From: Clostridia bacterium
GTDB taxonomy: Bacteria; Bacillota; Clostridia; Oscillospirales; CAG-272
NCBI GenBank assembly: GCA_017623975.1
Contig: JAGANX010000037.1
Location: 310 to 64,309, forward strand
Direction of reading: 5' to 3'
DNA: 64,000 bases
The first letter of the stretch is position 1, and every line of letters begins with the position of its first letter. The position numbers and the translations under genes were made by a program. Under the pieces are notes generated by a model, which made no database searches, was not told the DNA's origin, and saw only the letters and a list, made by a program, of their open reading frames with translations. Of this stretch, positions 17,535-26,906 are shown one piece after another.

Positions 17535-18269
17535 TTATTTCAACATTATTTCTTCTGTGTTTTCGATTTCTTTATTAGCACTTTCTTCTTTTCTGCTCTC
17601 CTCTTTGAAATTTTCCTTAATACCTTCTCCCTCCCCCTTTGGTACGGGCAAATTCCATTTAAATATAATGGCAAGGACACGCAAGGATATTATAATTAAG
17701 ATTGAGATTAAAAAAGACACAATCGAAGGAATATATTTGTACGTTGACACGTAAAAAATCGCGCCGAACAAGGTTGGAATTAAGTATATATGTTTTCTAA
17801 ATATAAAGGGTATTTCAGCCGAGCAAATATCACGGAGCATACCGCCGCCAACGCCTGTAATGCAACCACAGTACACTAACAAAATCGGGTTTACAAAGCC
17901 AAGCTCCATTGCTGTATTAATTCCCGTTACGCAAAAGACACTAAGCCCGATTGCGTCAGTAAACTCTATTGCAAAATTGTGGCTGTGCTTTGTTAAAAAT
18001 CGTGCAGTTTTCGGCACAAAAGCAAGGGCAAAGCACCCCGCTGCAACTATAAGACAAACAAGAGCTAAAAAGTAATTTCCCTTCACCGTCAATATTCTCG
18101 GCACTACCCCCAAGGAAATATCCCTTATCATACCGCCGCCAAAGCAAGTCAAAAAAGCAAAGACAATGGCGCCAACGCCATCGGTTTTTTTCTTTATGGC
18201 AATAACAGTACCTGATATGGCAAAGGAGATTACGCCTATGTATTCAACTATTCTTAAAATTATATCCAC
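17535..18269 (-). CDS. Trimeric intracellular cation channel-like / UPF0126 (YadS-YicG type) membrane protein
   Basis: 244 aa with two glycine-rich repeats (FGGGMIRD and GVGGGMLRD) typical of UPF0126. It has a charged C-terminal tail. Confidence 0.75.
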   Translation of the reverse strand: MDIILRIVEYIGVISFAISGTVIAIKKKTDGVGAIVFAFLTCFGGGMIRDISLGVVPRILTVKGNYFLALVCLIVAAGCFALAFVPKTARFLTKHSHNFAIEFTDAIGLSVFCVTGINTAMELGFVNPILLVYCGCITGVGGGMLRDICSAEIPFIFRKHIYLIPTLFGAIFYVSTYKYIPSIVSFLISILIIISLRVLAIIFKWNLPVPKGEGEGIKENFKEESRKEESANKEIENTEEIMLK

Positions 18270-18406
18270 GTTTTTATCTCCAAATTTTTTCTATCTAAAT
18301 AATATCATAAAGAAATGCTTTTTTCAACTCAACTTATAGATTTTCTTATATTTATATGATAAAATAAATTTTGATAAATGGTAAATTCCTTTGAAAGGAG
18401 ATTTTT

Positions 18407-19084
18407 ATGGAAATAAAGCCAATCGGATATATAAATACACCCTTCCCCACAAAATTTGGGCTACCAAGACAAAGCGGACTTTGCAAAAGCATAAAGGCTA
18501 CCCTTGTTTTCGAGCCCGAGTATAGAGTGAAGGAAGCATTGCACGGACTTGAAAGGTATAGCCACGTGTGGATAATTTGGGGCTTTTCAGAGAATACAGG
18601 CAAGGAATTTTCTCCAACAGTGCGCCCACCAAGATTAGGGGGTAATGCAAGAATGGGCGTATTTGCCACCCGTTCCTCCTTCCGCCCCAATTTCTTAGCC
18701 CTTTCCCTTTTAAAATTAGATGCTATTGAAAAAACCTGTGACAAGGGTCACGTTTTGCACCTTTCCGGCGCTGATATGATGAATGGCACACCGGTTTACG
18801 ATATAAAGCCTTATCTGCCTCATATTGACAGTGTAAACGATGCAACGGGCGGTTTCAGCACCGAGATTGAGGACTACACAAAAAATGTAATTATTCCAAA
18901 GGAATTGGAAGAAAAAATACCAAAAGACCTGACCCTGTGTCTAAAAGAGGCTCTTTCACAAGACCCACGCCCATCTTATATTGAGGACAGCGAAAGAATT
19001 TTCGGCTTTGAATTTGACAGCTACGAGGTAAAGTTCAAGGTCAATGGCAAGGACTTGTATGTTGTGTCTATTGAGGAAAGATAA
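18407..19084 (+). CDS. trmO: tRNA (N6-threonylcarbamoyladenosine(37)-N6)-methyltransferase TrmO (TsaA family)
   Basis: 225 aa. Motifs: IKPIGYINTPFPTKFGLPRQSG, SHVWIIW, RPN, and GTPVYDIKPYLPHID. Confidence 0.85.
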   Translation: MEIKPIGYINTPFPTKFGLPRQSGLCKSIKATLVFEPEYRVKEALHGLERYSHVWIIWGFSENTGKEFSPTVRPPRLGGNARMGVFATRSSFRPNFLALSLLKLDAIEKTCDKGHVLHLSGADMMNGTPVYDIKPYLPHIDSVNDATGGFSTEIEDYTKNVIIPKELEEKIPKDLTLCLKEALSQDPRPSYIEDSERIFGFEFDSYEVKFKVNGKDLYVVSIEER

Positions 19085-19119
19085 CTTTTTTACACCGAAT
19101 ATACTATTTGCTATAACGC

Positions 19120-19150
19120 AAAAAATCCCACCGTGAAGGTGGGATTTTTT
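19120..19150. terminator. Bidirectional intrinsic terminator
   Basis: aaaaaatcccacc-gtgaa-ggtgggatttttt lies between convergent trmO and the Opp-block end. Confidence 0.8.
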
Positions 19151-19398
19151 CAACTCAAAGCAAAATACATAATAAAGTAGGTAACAATTAAAATGCCTAT
19201 TACTATTAGCATTGGGAAAAACATCATTTTAACCGCTGACCAATAGGTTTGCCATTTTTCACGGGCTGTGGAATGGGGCTTTGGGTTTTTGTTGTCACCG
19301 TACCCTCCCCTACCTAAGCTGGACATATCAACGATAGTTCTGCCATCGTCAACATACGTTACCTTTTCCTTTTTCTCCTTTTTCTTTTTGTCGCTCAT
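19150..19398 (-). CDS. Small C-terminally TM-anchored protein at the distal end of the Opp operon
   Basis: 82 aa with a Lys-rich N-terminus and one TM (MMFFPMLIVIGILIVTYFIMYFAL). Its start is 3 nt after the upstream ATPase stop. Confidence 0.5.
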   Translation of the reverse strand: MSDKKKKEKKEKVTYVDDGRTIVDMSSLGRGGYGDNKNPKPHSTAREKWQTYWSAVKMMFFPMLIVIGILIVTYFIMYFALS

Positions 19399-19401
19399 TT
19401 G

Positions 19402-20517
19402 TTACTCCTCTAAAAGATGGCACGCTGCAAAGTGTCCCTTTTCGTATTCCTTATATTCAGGAGTGATATGCTTGCATATTTCCTTTGCATAAGGGCAACG
19501 GGTATGGAAACGACAGCCCTTTGGTGGGTTGGCAGGAGATGGGATATCACCCATCAGCTCTATACGCTTCATCTTAATATCGGGGTTTGGATTAGGAATT
19601 GCTGAGAACAATGCCTTTGTATATGGATGCAATGGGTTTGAGAAAATATCGTTCTTTGAGCCGAACTCAACCATTGAACCAAGATACATAACGCCGATTT
19701 TATCGGAAATAAATTTAACTACGCTCAAATCGTGAGAAATGAACAGGTAAGCCAAGTTCATTGAGTCTTGAAGCTCTTTGAGCAGGTTAATAATCTGCGC
19801 TTGAATTGATACGTCAAGAGCAGAAACCGGCTCGTCACAAACAACAAGCTGCGGGTTTACACTAAGGGCACGGGCAATACAAATTCTTTGACGCTGACCG
19901 CCTGAAAATTCGTGTGGGTATCTTTCGTAATAGTAATCACGCAAGCCACACTTGTCCATAAGCTCTAAAACGTAATCCCTTATTTCATTTTTTGGTACTA
20001 TATTGTGTACCAAAACAGGCTCGGACAAAATACCGCCAACTGTACTTCTTGGTGGCAAGGAAGAATACGGGTCCTGGAAAATGATTTGCATTTTCTTACG
20101 AATCTCACGCATCTGCTTTGTCTTATAATCAGTAATGTCCTCACCGTTAAATATAATTTGACCGCCGTTTGACTCGTGCAGCTTCAAAATAGTTCTACCC
20201 ATTGTTGTTTTTCCGCATCCACTCTCACCAACAATACCGATAGTTTCGCCGGCATTGAGCTTAAAGGATACATCATCTACTGCAACAAGCTCTTGTAAAA
20301 CCTTACCTGTCAAGGACTTTTTGATAGGGAACGCCTTTCTTAAATGGCGCACCTCCAATAAAGCGCTTGGGTCAAATGGCTTTTTAAAATCTTCTTGTGC
20401 CTGTCTTTTGCGTTCTGCCAAAAATCTTGCCCTTTCAGCCTCATCGTCAAAGTTTGAGAAGTCGCTGATTATTTGTTTTTCAAAAATTTCATTTTCAGCC
20501 ATTTTGTTCCTCCTCAT
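19402..20517 (-). CDS. Oligopeptide/dipeptide ABC transporter ATP-binding protein (OppF-like) with ~55-aa N-terminal extension
   Basis: 371 aa. Walker A GESGCGKTT, signature FSGGQRQR, Walker B VVCDEP, and the C-terminal oligopeptide-ATPase Cys motif CRFHTRCPYA. Confidence 0.9.
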   Translation of the reverse strand: MRRNKMAENEIFEKQIISDFSNFDDEAERARFLAERKRQAQEDFKKPFDPSALLEVRHLRKAFPIKKSLTGKVLQELVAVDDVSFKLNAGETIGIVGESGCGKTTMGRTILKLHESNGGQIIFNGEDITDYKTKQMREIRKKMQIIFQDPYSSLPPRSTVGGILSEPVLVHNIVPKNEIRDYVLELMDKCGLRDYYYERYPHEFSGGQRQRICIARALSVNPQLVVCDEPVSALDVSIQAQIINLLKELQDSMNLAYLFISHDLSVVKFISDKIGVMYLGSMVEFGSKNDIFSNPLHPYTKALFSAIPNPNPDIKMKRIELMGDIPSPANPPKGCRFHTRCPYAKEICKHITPEYKEYEKGHFAACHLLEE

Positions 20518-21844
20518 TTCCGTACAAATGGCACGCTACAAAATGTGTAGGGCTTACTTGTACCATCTTTGGATAGTCACCTTCAAAGCATTTAAGTGAA
20601 CACTTAGAGCATCTTTCCCTAAAATGACAGTAGTTTGGCATATTAATTGGGTTAGGCACGTTACCCGGAATGTTGAAAAGTGTGTCGGAATTAGAATCAA
20701 GCGTAGGCTTTGATTTTTGAAGTCCCATTGTATATGGGTGTAAGGGATTATGGAAAATCTCAGAAACCGTACCCTTTTCAATAACTCTGCCGGCGTACAT
20801 TACAACCACGTAATCCGCCATTTCAGCAATAATACCAAGGTCGTGAGTGATGAGCAAAATAGAGCCATCTATCTTTTCCTTTAAATTACGCAAAAGGTCA
20901 AGAATTTGTGCTTGAATTGTAACGTCAAGAGCAGTTGTAGGCTCGTCCGCTATAATCAAGCGTGGGTTGCACGCAAGTGCCATAGCAATCATAACACGCT
21001 GACGCATACCGCCTGAAAGCTCATGCGGATAGGATTTATACACACGCTCAGGCATGGCAATACCAACAAGATTAAGCATTTCCAAGGATTTATCCTTCGC
21101 CATTTGCTTAGTAGCACCCGGAACGTGAATAAACGTTACCTCGTCAAGCTGCTGACCGATTGTGAAAATTGGGTTTAGCGATGTCATTGGCTCTTGGAAA
21201 ATCATTGCGATTTGCTTACCTCTGATACGGTGTATCTCTCTTATAGGCATTTTAGCAATATCGTAAACCTTTTCCTCTACCTCATATTCCAATACCCCAT
21301 ACTCATTAACCTTTTGTACAGGTACCTTTTCAACCCCGTTCTTTGTTTCCTTTTCCTCGTAAACAACGTTTCCGTCATCATCACGCAAATAAACGGGAAT
21401 CATATTTCCTTTTTCGTCACGCTTAAAGTCGGTAGCCTTAAATCTGATATCACCTGAGTAAATCTGACCCTGCGGTCCTTGAAGCAAGCGCATAACTGAC
21501 ATACTTGTTACACTTTTACCGCAACCGCTTTCACCAACTACGCCAACTGTTGCATTCTTAGGAATATCAAAGGATACACCGTTTACCGCCTTTACAACGC
21601 CTTGGTCCGTAAAGAAGTATGTGTGCAAATCTTCAATTTCCAAAATATTTTTTGAGTCTTTTAACTCTGCTGTGAATTCGCTTTCCTTCGCTTTTCTGTA
21701 CTTATACGCCTCTAAGCGCTTCATTACCTTTTTATTTGCCTTTGCGATTTTACGAATTTCCTTACCTGTTAGGTAAGAGCTTTTTGTTTTCGCCTCTTGT
21801 TCCTTGTTTGCATCGAGGTTTTGGAGTTTTTCGTTTTCTTTCAT
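20495..21844 (-). CDS. Oligopeptide/dipeptide ABC transporter ATP-binding protein (OppD-like) with N-terminal extension and internal insertion
   Basis: 449 aa. GESGCGKSV, LSGGMRQR, IIADEPTTALD and C-terminal CHFRERC. A ~55-aa insert lies between Walker A and the Q-loop. Confidence 0.9.
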   Translation of the reverse strand: MKENEKLQNLDANKEQEAKTKSSYLTGKEIRKIAKANKKVMKRLEAYKYRKAKESEFTAELKDSKNILEIEDLHTYFFTDQGVVKAVNGVSFDIPKNATVGVVGESGCGKSVTSMSVMRLLQGPQGQIYSGDIRFKATDFKRDEKGNMIPVYLRDDDGNVVYEEKETKNGVEKVPVQKVNEYGVLEYEVEEKVYDIAKMPIREIHRIRGKQIAMIFQEPMTSLNPIFTIGQQLDEVTFIHVPGATKQMAKDKSLEMLNLVGIAMPERVYKSYPHELSGGMRQRVMIAMALACNPRLIIADEPTTALDVTIQAQILDLLRNLKEKIDGSILLITHDLGIIAEMADYVVVMYAGRVIEKGTVSEIFHNPLHPYTMGLQKSKPTLDSNSDTLFNIPGNVPNPINMPNYCHFRERCSKCSLKCFEGDYPKMVQVSPTHFVACHLYGNEEEQNG

Positions 21845-21847
21845 CTC

Positions 21848-23056
21848 TTATCTCCTCATCTTAGGGTCAAGTGCATCACGCAAGCCATCACCTACAAAGT
21901 TAAAGCCAAGAACGGCAATTACAATACAAATACCCGGGGACATCCATACGTTAAAGTAGTTCAGTACCTCGTCCGGCTTTGTGGAAATAATATTAATCAT
22001 AGTACCCCACGCAGCATACGGGTCTTTAACACCAAGGCTCAAATATGAAAGTGTAGCCTCATACAAAATCATACTACCAAGGCTAAGTGTCATTTGAACT
22101 ATTAACTGTGGCATAACGTTTGGTATTAAGTGCTTGAATATCTTTCTTGCTGTGGAATATCCCATAGCCTCTGCCGCTACCATATATTCCTGCTCTCTCA
22201 AAGACAAAATCTGTCCTCGAACCAAACGAGCAGTGCCTGTCCAAGAAATCAAGGATAAGCAGCCCATCAAAATATAAATACGGTATGTTTCAAGCTGAGG
22301 TGCTTTTTCAGCCCAGCTGTTAATAACTGTACCTACAATGAGCAAAATCGGAATACCCGGTAAGCACATTAGGATATCGCAAAGACGCATAATTACATTG
22401 TCAACCCAACCGCCAAAATATCCTGCTATTCCGCCTAAAACTACGCCTAAAACAGTAATAATAATAACGGTTAAAAAGCTAACTATCAAGGAAATTCTAC
22501 CGCCATACATAAGACGCGCCAAAATGTCATAGCCGTTATAGTCTGTTCCTAACGGGTGGCTCTTGGAAATAGGCGCAAGCATATTATCCTCTTGGAAGGT
22601 GGTAACTGTCATCTTAACCTCGTATGTTGTTCCGTCCTCCTCTGTTATCATATAATAGGAGGGCGCATCGGGATACTTGATTTTACCGCTTTTATCAAGC
22701 TCAACCTCTCCCCACTGTGTGTAGAAAACAGGACCTAAAAAGCTGAAAAGGAATAAGCCGATTACCATTACAAGTCCGACAACGCTAAGCTTAGAACGGA
22801 AAAATCTACGCACAACCATACGGGTTGGTGACATAAGCTTAACATTTTTGTCAAGAGCATCCTCCTCTGTGGATTGCTTCATTAGCCTTTCTAATCTTTC
22901 CTGCTCTTCTTTTTCCTTTGCTTCTTGAACGCGCTTTTCATAAAGCTCTGCCTCGTCATAGTTTCTAACTATTTCCTCAGACTGAGCAACCATTTCTGTG
23001 TCAGAGGATGCGCCTGCTAACATGCAAACTTTATTAAATTTTCTTAGCTTTGCCAT
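21848..23056 (-). CDS. ABC transporter permease (OppC/DppC-like) with ~95-aa charged N-terminal extension
   Basis: Binding-protein-dependent permease core with an EAA-like motif region (EAMGYSTARKIFKHLIPN). I prefer ATG 23056 (GGAGG at 23070-23066, 9-nt spacer) over 23065. Confidence 0.85.
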   Translation of the reverse strand: MAKLRKFNKVCMLAGASSDTEMVAQSEEIVRNYDEAELYEKRVQEAKEKEEQERLERLMKQSTEEDALDKNVKLMSPTRMVVRRFFRSKLSVVGLVMVIGLFLFSFLGPVFYTQWGEVELDKSGKIKYPDAPSYYMITEEDGTTYEVKMTVTTFQEDNMLAPISKSHPLGTDYNGYDILARLMYGGRISLIVSFLTVIIITVLGVVLGGIAGYFGGWVDNVIMRLCDILMCLPGIPILLIVGTVINSWAEKAPQLETYRIYILMGCLSLISWTGTARLVRGQILSLREQEYMVAAEAMGYSTARKIFKHLIPNVMPQLIVQMTLSLGSMILYEATLSYLSLGVKDPYAAWGTMINIISTKPDEVLNYFNVWMSPGICIVIAVLGFNFVGDGLRDALDPKMRR

Positions 23057-23105
23057 TATTTGCATCCTCCAATTCTAAATTTTTTCATCTTCACGCGCAC
23101 CTCTC

Positions 23106-24101
23106 TTATTCAAGCTTAACGCGTGGGTCAACTACTGCATACATAATATCGGAAAGAAGTACGCCTATTACGCTAAGAAGCGCTAAGAACATATTGTATC
23201 CCATAATAAAAGGAATATCTCCCGAATTCATCGCCTTCAAGGCTACGTTACCTATACCGTCAATATTAAATACCTGCTCGGTAATAAGCGCGCCTGAGAA
23301 AAGTGATGGCAGTAAGCCTGCAAGTGTTGTAACGATTGGAATTAAGGTGTTACGGAAAGCGTGCTTATTAATAACCTTGCTTTCCTTTAAGCCCTTTGCT
23401 CTTGCAGTACGAATATAGTCTGAATTCATAACTTCGAGCATGTTTGTTCTTGTCATCCTCATTCTTCCACCGATTGAAAGAATTACAACGGTGAGTATTG
23501 GCAAGAAGAAGTGTGAGAAATACGCCGGGAGGTTGGCAATACCGGTTTCCGATCCGGTTGCACCAAGGCTACCCGCTATTTCAAACCACCCTAATTTAAT
23601 GGCGAATATATTTTTAAGCACCTCGCCAAAGAAGAATGATGGCAATGAAATGCCTATCATTACCAAAACAGTAACTACATAGTCACGTATTGAATATTGG
23701 TGTGTTGCGGCTGTAATTCCCAAAGGAATAGCTATCAAAAACTCAAAGACAGTGGCAATCAGCGCAATAGCGAATGATGTGCCCATGTATCTTGCTATTT
23801 CTGAGGAAACGGGCCTACCGTTGGTGAAACGGAAGCCAAGGTCGAATTTGCACAAGGCTTTTAGCCAGTTCAAGTAACCTTTTACCATTCCACCAAATGT
23901 AGGATTTTCTTCAAGACCGTACATCGAATACATATTGCTTACTTGATCCTCTGTAAGAATAGCGCCACCTTGGTTAAGGTTGTCGATTTTGCTACGTACA
24001 AAGTCAACGGGCATTAATCTAATCAAGAAATATATAATGATGGAAACGCCTACCAAAATCAATACCGATAATGCTAATCTTTTAATTAAATATTTTAGCA
24101 T
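23106..24101 (-). CDS. ABC transporter permease (OppB/DppB-like)
   Basis: 331 aa. N-terminus MLKYLIKRLALSVLILVGVSIIIYFLI and the YIRTARAKGL EAA motif. Confidence 0.9.
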   Translation of the reverse strand: MLKYLIKRLALSVLILVGVSIIIYFLIRLMPVDFVRSKIDNLNQGGAILTEDQVSNMYSMYGLEENPTFGGMVKGYLNWLKALCKFDLGFRFTNGRPVSSEIARYMGTSFAIALIATVFEFLIAIPLGITAATHQYSIRDYVVTVLVMIGISLPSFFFGEVLKNIFAIKLGWFEIAGSLGATGSETGIANLPAYFSHFFLPILTVVILSIGGRMRMTRTNMLEVMNSDYIRTARAKGLKESKVINKHAFRNTLIPIVTTLAGLLPSLFSGALITEQVFNIDGIGNVALKAMNSGDIPFIMGYNMFLALLSVIGVLLSDIMYAVVDPRVKLE

Positions 24102-24122
24102 CGGTCTTTTTTGTCTCCTATA

Positions 24123-26861
24123 TTATTTTGTGAATTCAATTTCCCAAATTCTGTCAAGAGGAGATGAATATGGGTTGTAAGAGTCAGGTAAAGAGTTAGG
24201 GTCAATTACGTTTGAGTTATAAACGTAAACAACGCTACGCTGATATACAGGAAGCTCGATTGCAAGGTCAAGAATCAAGCCAAGAGCCTCTTTGTAATAC
24301 TCTGCACGGTCTTCCTTAATCTCTGTTTCGCGTGCTTTTTCAATAAGATCGCTAAGGTCGTTCAAAAGGTCCTTTTCTTCTCTTGAACCGGAGGTCTTAA
24401 TTGATGGATAGCCCCAAGCAAGTGTACTTGTTGCTGTTGAGTTCTTGTGATATACCTGGTACAAGTCAGGGTCGATTGTTGAGCCCCAAGCTGCTGCCCA
24501 TACTGTCAAAGAGCCTGTGGAAAGCTTTGTCAATGCCTGTGTATCTGCTTGTACTGTGATTTGCCAGCCAAGCTCGTTAAGAAGAGCTGCTGCATCTCTG
24601 AACACCTTGTATGTTGGGTGGTCTTGTACGTTAGAGCCTGCAATTGTAAATGTCATTCTCAAAGAAGAGCTGCCTGCTGTAACGCCTGCCTTTTCCATAT
24701 AACTAAGGATAAGATCCTTAGCCTCTTCATTGGTGAAACTGAAAATAGGATAATTTCTTTCGTTGTTTACTTCCGGATTTCCTGAGCTGTCCTTTGGATA
24801 TGCCCAGCTTACTGTTGACATTGGCCAGTAAATTGTTTGTGCTGTACCTGTACGGTAGTAGTCAAGAGCCAACTTAGTGTTCATAGCACACATAATAGCA
24901 CGGCGGATGTTGATATCAGGAACCTTTGATGCGTTGATACCGATATAACCGTAACCAAGCTGGTCATTAAGTATGTAGTTTGCACCGCGCTTGTCAAGAT
25001 CCTCAATCTTTGTGAAGTTTGCGTCTGTCAATTGTGGTGTTATGTAGTGAACATTACCTGCTTCAAGCATTGGAAGGGCGTTGGAAGCGCTGAGCACTTG
25101 GTAACGAACCTTCTCTATCTTTGCATTGTTCAAGCCTTCACCTACTGTTTCAAAGTAGTTGTTAGCCTTGAAATATACGATATTGTTGCTGTAAAAATCT
25201 GTATCATTAGGATTATCATCGTTTGAACGGTTTGTTGCCTTGTATGCGCCTGCACCAACAGGAACACTGATGTTAATTGGAGATTGAATAATCTTAGTCA
25301 TAAATTCAAATGAACCCCATTCAACACCAAATTTGTTGCTGTCAAGGTCAACGCCTACCTTTGAGCCCTTACCGTAGTAGTGCTGTGGAGCAACTGCGAA
25401 GGCAAAGTTCCAAACAGCCTTAGGGTCAACGCCTTCAATTGTGATTTCAAGAACGTCATATTCATCACTGTTCTTTACTGTACCGTCTTCGTTATGTTCC
25501 TTAGCTACCTTGTATGTATTGCCGTTTACTGTTACAGTTTCAGCAGCGCCTTCCTTGTGACCAAGGGACACGATACCTTCAATGCTGTCAATCTTCAAGG
25601 AACCGTCATCGCCCACCATTTCGTGAAGGATTACGTCCTTTGCGTTAGAAACGTATTCGTTAAGAAGCGTTTGTGCTGATGCTGTGTATCCGAGAACTAT
25701 ATTAAGCTGACCTGAAATAGTGTCGTTAAATGCATAATCGATAGCCGCTTCTTTTGTGTTGATTTGGTCACCGTATTGCTTTGTTAAGGACTCAATTTGA
25801 GATCTGTCCTCTTTTCCGTTTACCTTAACGTATTTAATTTCAACGTAGCCCTGGGAAGCCATGAAGCAGAAAATTTGATCCTTAAATTCCGCATGGTTCT
25901 TATAAGGTGCTTCTGTATATGCTTCAAGTGCTGTGTTATAAGCCTTTTCAAGCTCTTCCTTATAAAGTCTGCAAATTTCGTTGTAGTCGGTTAAAAGCTG
26001 ATTTTTCCATTCATCATGTGAAATTTCATTTGGCTTTGCAGAAACTGCTGTTTTATAGCCTGAGCTGATTTCAACCTCGGTCAATGCATTGATAGCATTT
26101 CTCATAGCTGTCATATCCGCATAGTATGAGCCTGATGGCTGCTTACCTACTTTTCTAAACAAGTTTACAAGCTCGTTTATACGGGCGCTTGCTCTTTGTG
26201 CTGCTTGCTCGGAAAGCTGTGAGTCAGAGTCTGTTCCTGTGTCGGAATCGATTCTTTGTGTTCTGTATGAGTTCAAGCCCAAAATCTTTGTTGAATAAAG
26301 AGTTGCTGAGCCTGCATATACAGGGTCAAGATATACATAGAGATTGAAAAGCACGTCTTCCATTGTTAACGGATGACCGTCTGAATACTTGATGCCGTTT
26401 TTAAGCACGAAGGTGTACTTTGTTGTATCTGTATCCTCGTCATAAACTGACTGAAAATCCTTTGTTACAACTGCTTCGTTTTCACCAAATGCAACCTGAA
26501 TATCGCCATTTACATATTTAGATGTAAGCATGCCTATTTGTGTCATAGAAACGATTGTGCTGTCTGCACCTGTTGTTGAATAGAATGGGTTGAACAAGCC
26601 GTCCAATTCCTCAGACATGATTACAAATGCACCCTTGTCAACAGGCAAGCTGTTACCGCCTTGGTTACCTGTGTTGCCACCCGGGTTGTTACCTGTGTTA
26701 CTGCTTTGAGTTCCGCCTTGATTATTTTCCCCACCTTGTGAGTTATTTGTGCCGTTTTGAGAGCCGTCTGTTGTGTTGCCACCACCGCAGCTTGCTAAAA
26801 CGCCCACAACACTCATGCACATTACTATGCAAAGTATAAGGGACAAAATTCTCTTTTTCAT
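24123..26861 (-). CDS. Unusually large (912-aa) family-5 (OppA/DppA-like) solute-binding lipoprotein
   Basis: Lipobox LASC and a G/N/Q/S-rich tether, then SBP family-5-like sequence (GIKYSDGHPLTMEDVLFNL, WGSTIDPDLYQVY). It lies directly upstream of the permeases. Confidence 0.8.
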   Translation of the reverse strand: MKKRILSLILCIVMCMSVVGVLASCGGGNTTDGSQNGTNNSQGGENNQGGTQSSNTGNNPGGNTGNQGGNSLPVDKGAFVIMSEELDGLFNPFYSTTGADSTIVSMTQIGMLTSKYVNGDIQVAFGENEAVVTKDFQSVYDEDTDTTKYTFVLKNGIKYSDGHPLTMEDVLFNLYVYLDPVYAGSATLYSTKILGLNSYRTQRIDSDTGTDSDSQLSEQAAQRASARINELVNLFRKVGKQPSGSYYADMTAMRNAINALTEVEISSGYKTAVSAKPNEISHDEWKNQLLTDYNEICRLYKEELEKAYNTALEAYTEAPYKNHAEFKDQIFCFMASQGYVEIKYVKVNGKEDRSQIESLTKQYGDQINTKEAAIDYAFNDTISGQLNIVLGYTASAQTLLNEYVSNAKDVILHEMVGDDGSLKIDSIEGIVSLGHKEGAAETVTVNGNTYKVAKEHNEDGTVKNSDEYDVLEITIEGVDPKAVWNFAFAVAPQHYYGKGSKVGVDLDSNKFGVEWGSFEFMTKIIQSPINISVPVGAGAYKATNRSNDDNPNDTDFYSNNIVYFKANNYFETVGEGLNNAKIEKVRYQVLSASNALPMLEAGNVHYITPQLTDANFTKIEDLDKRGANYILNDQLGYGYIGINASKVPDINIRRAIMCAMNTKLALDYYRTGTAQTIYWPMSTVSWAYPKDSSGNPEVNNERNYPIFSFTNEEAKDLILSYMEKAGVTAGSSSLRMTFTIAGSNVQDHPTYKVFRDAAALLNELGWQITVQADTQALTKLSTGSLTVWAAAWGSTIDPDLYQVYHKNSTATSTLAWGYPSIKTSGSREEKDLLNDLSDLIEKARETEIKEDRAEYYKEALGLILDLAIELPVYQRSVVYVYNSNVIDPNSLPDSYNPYSSPLDRIWEIEFTK

Positions 26862-26906
26862 TTCATTTTCTCCTTATGAATGTATATTAATAATTTTGAA
26901 CGTATA

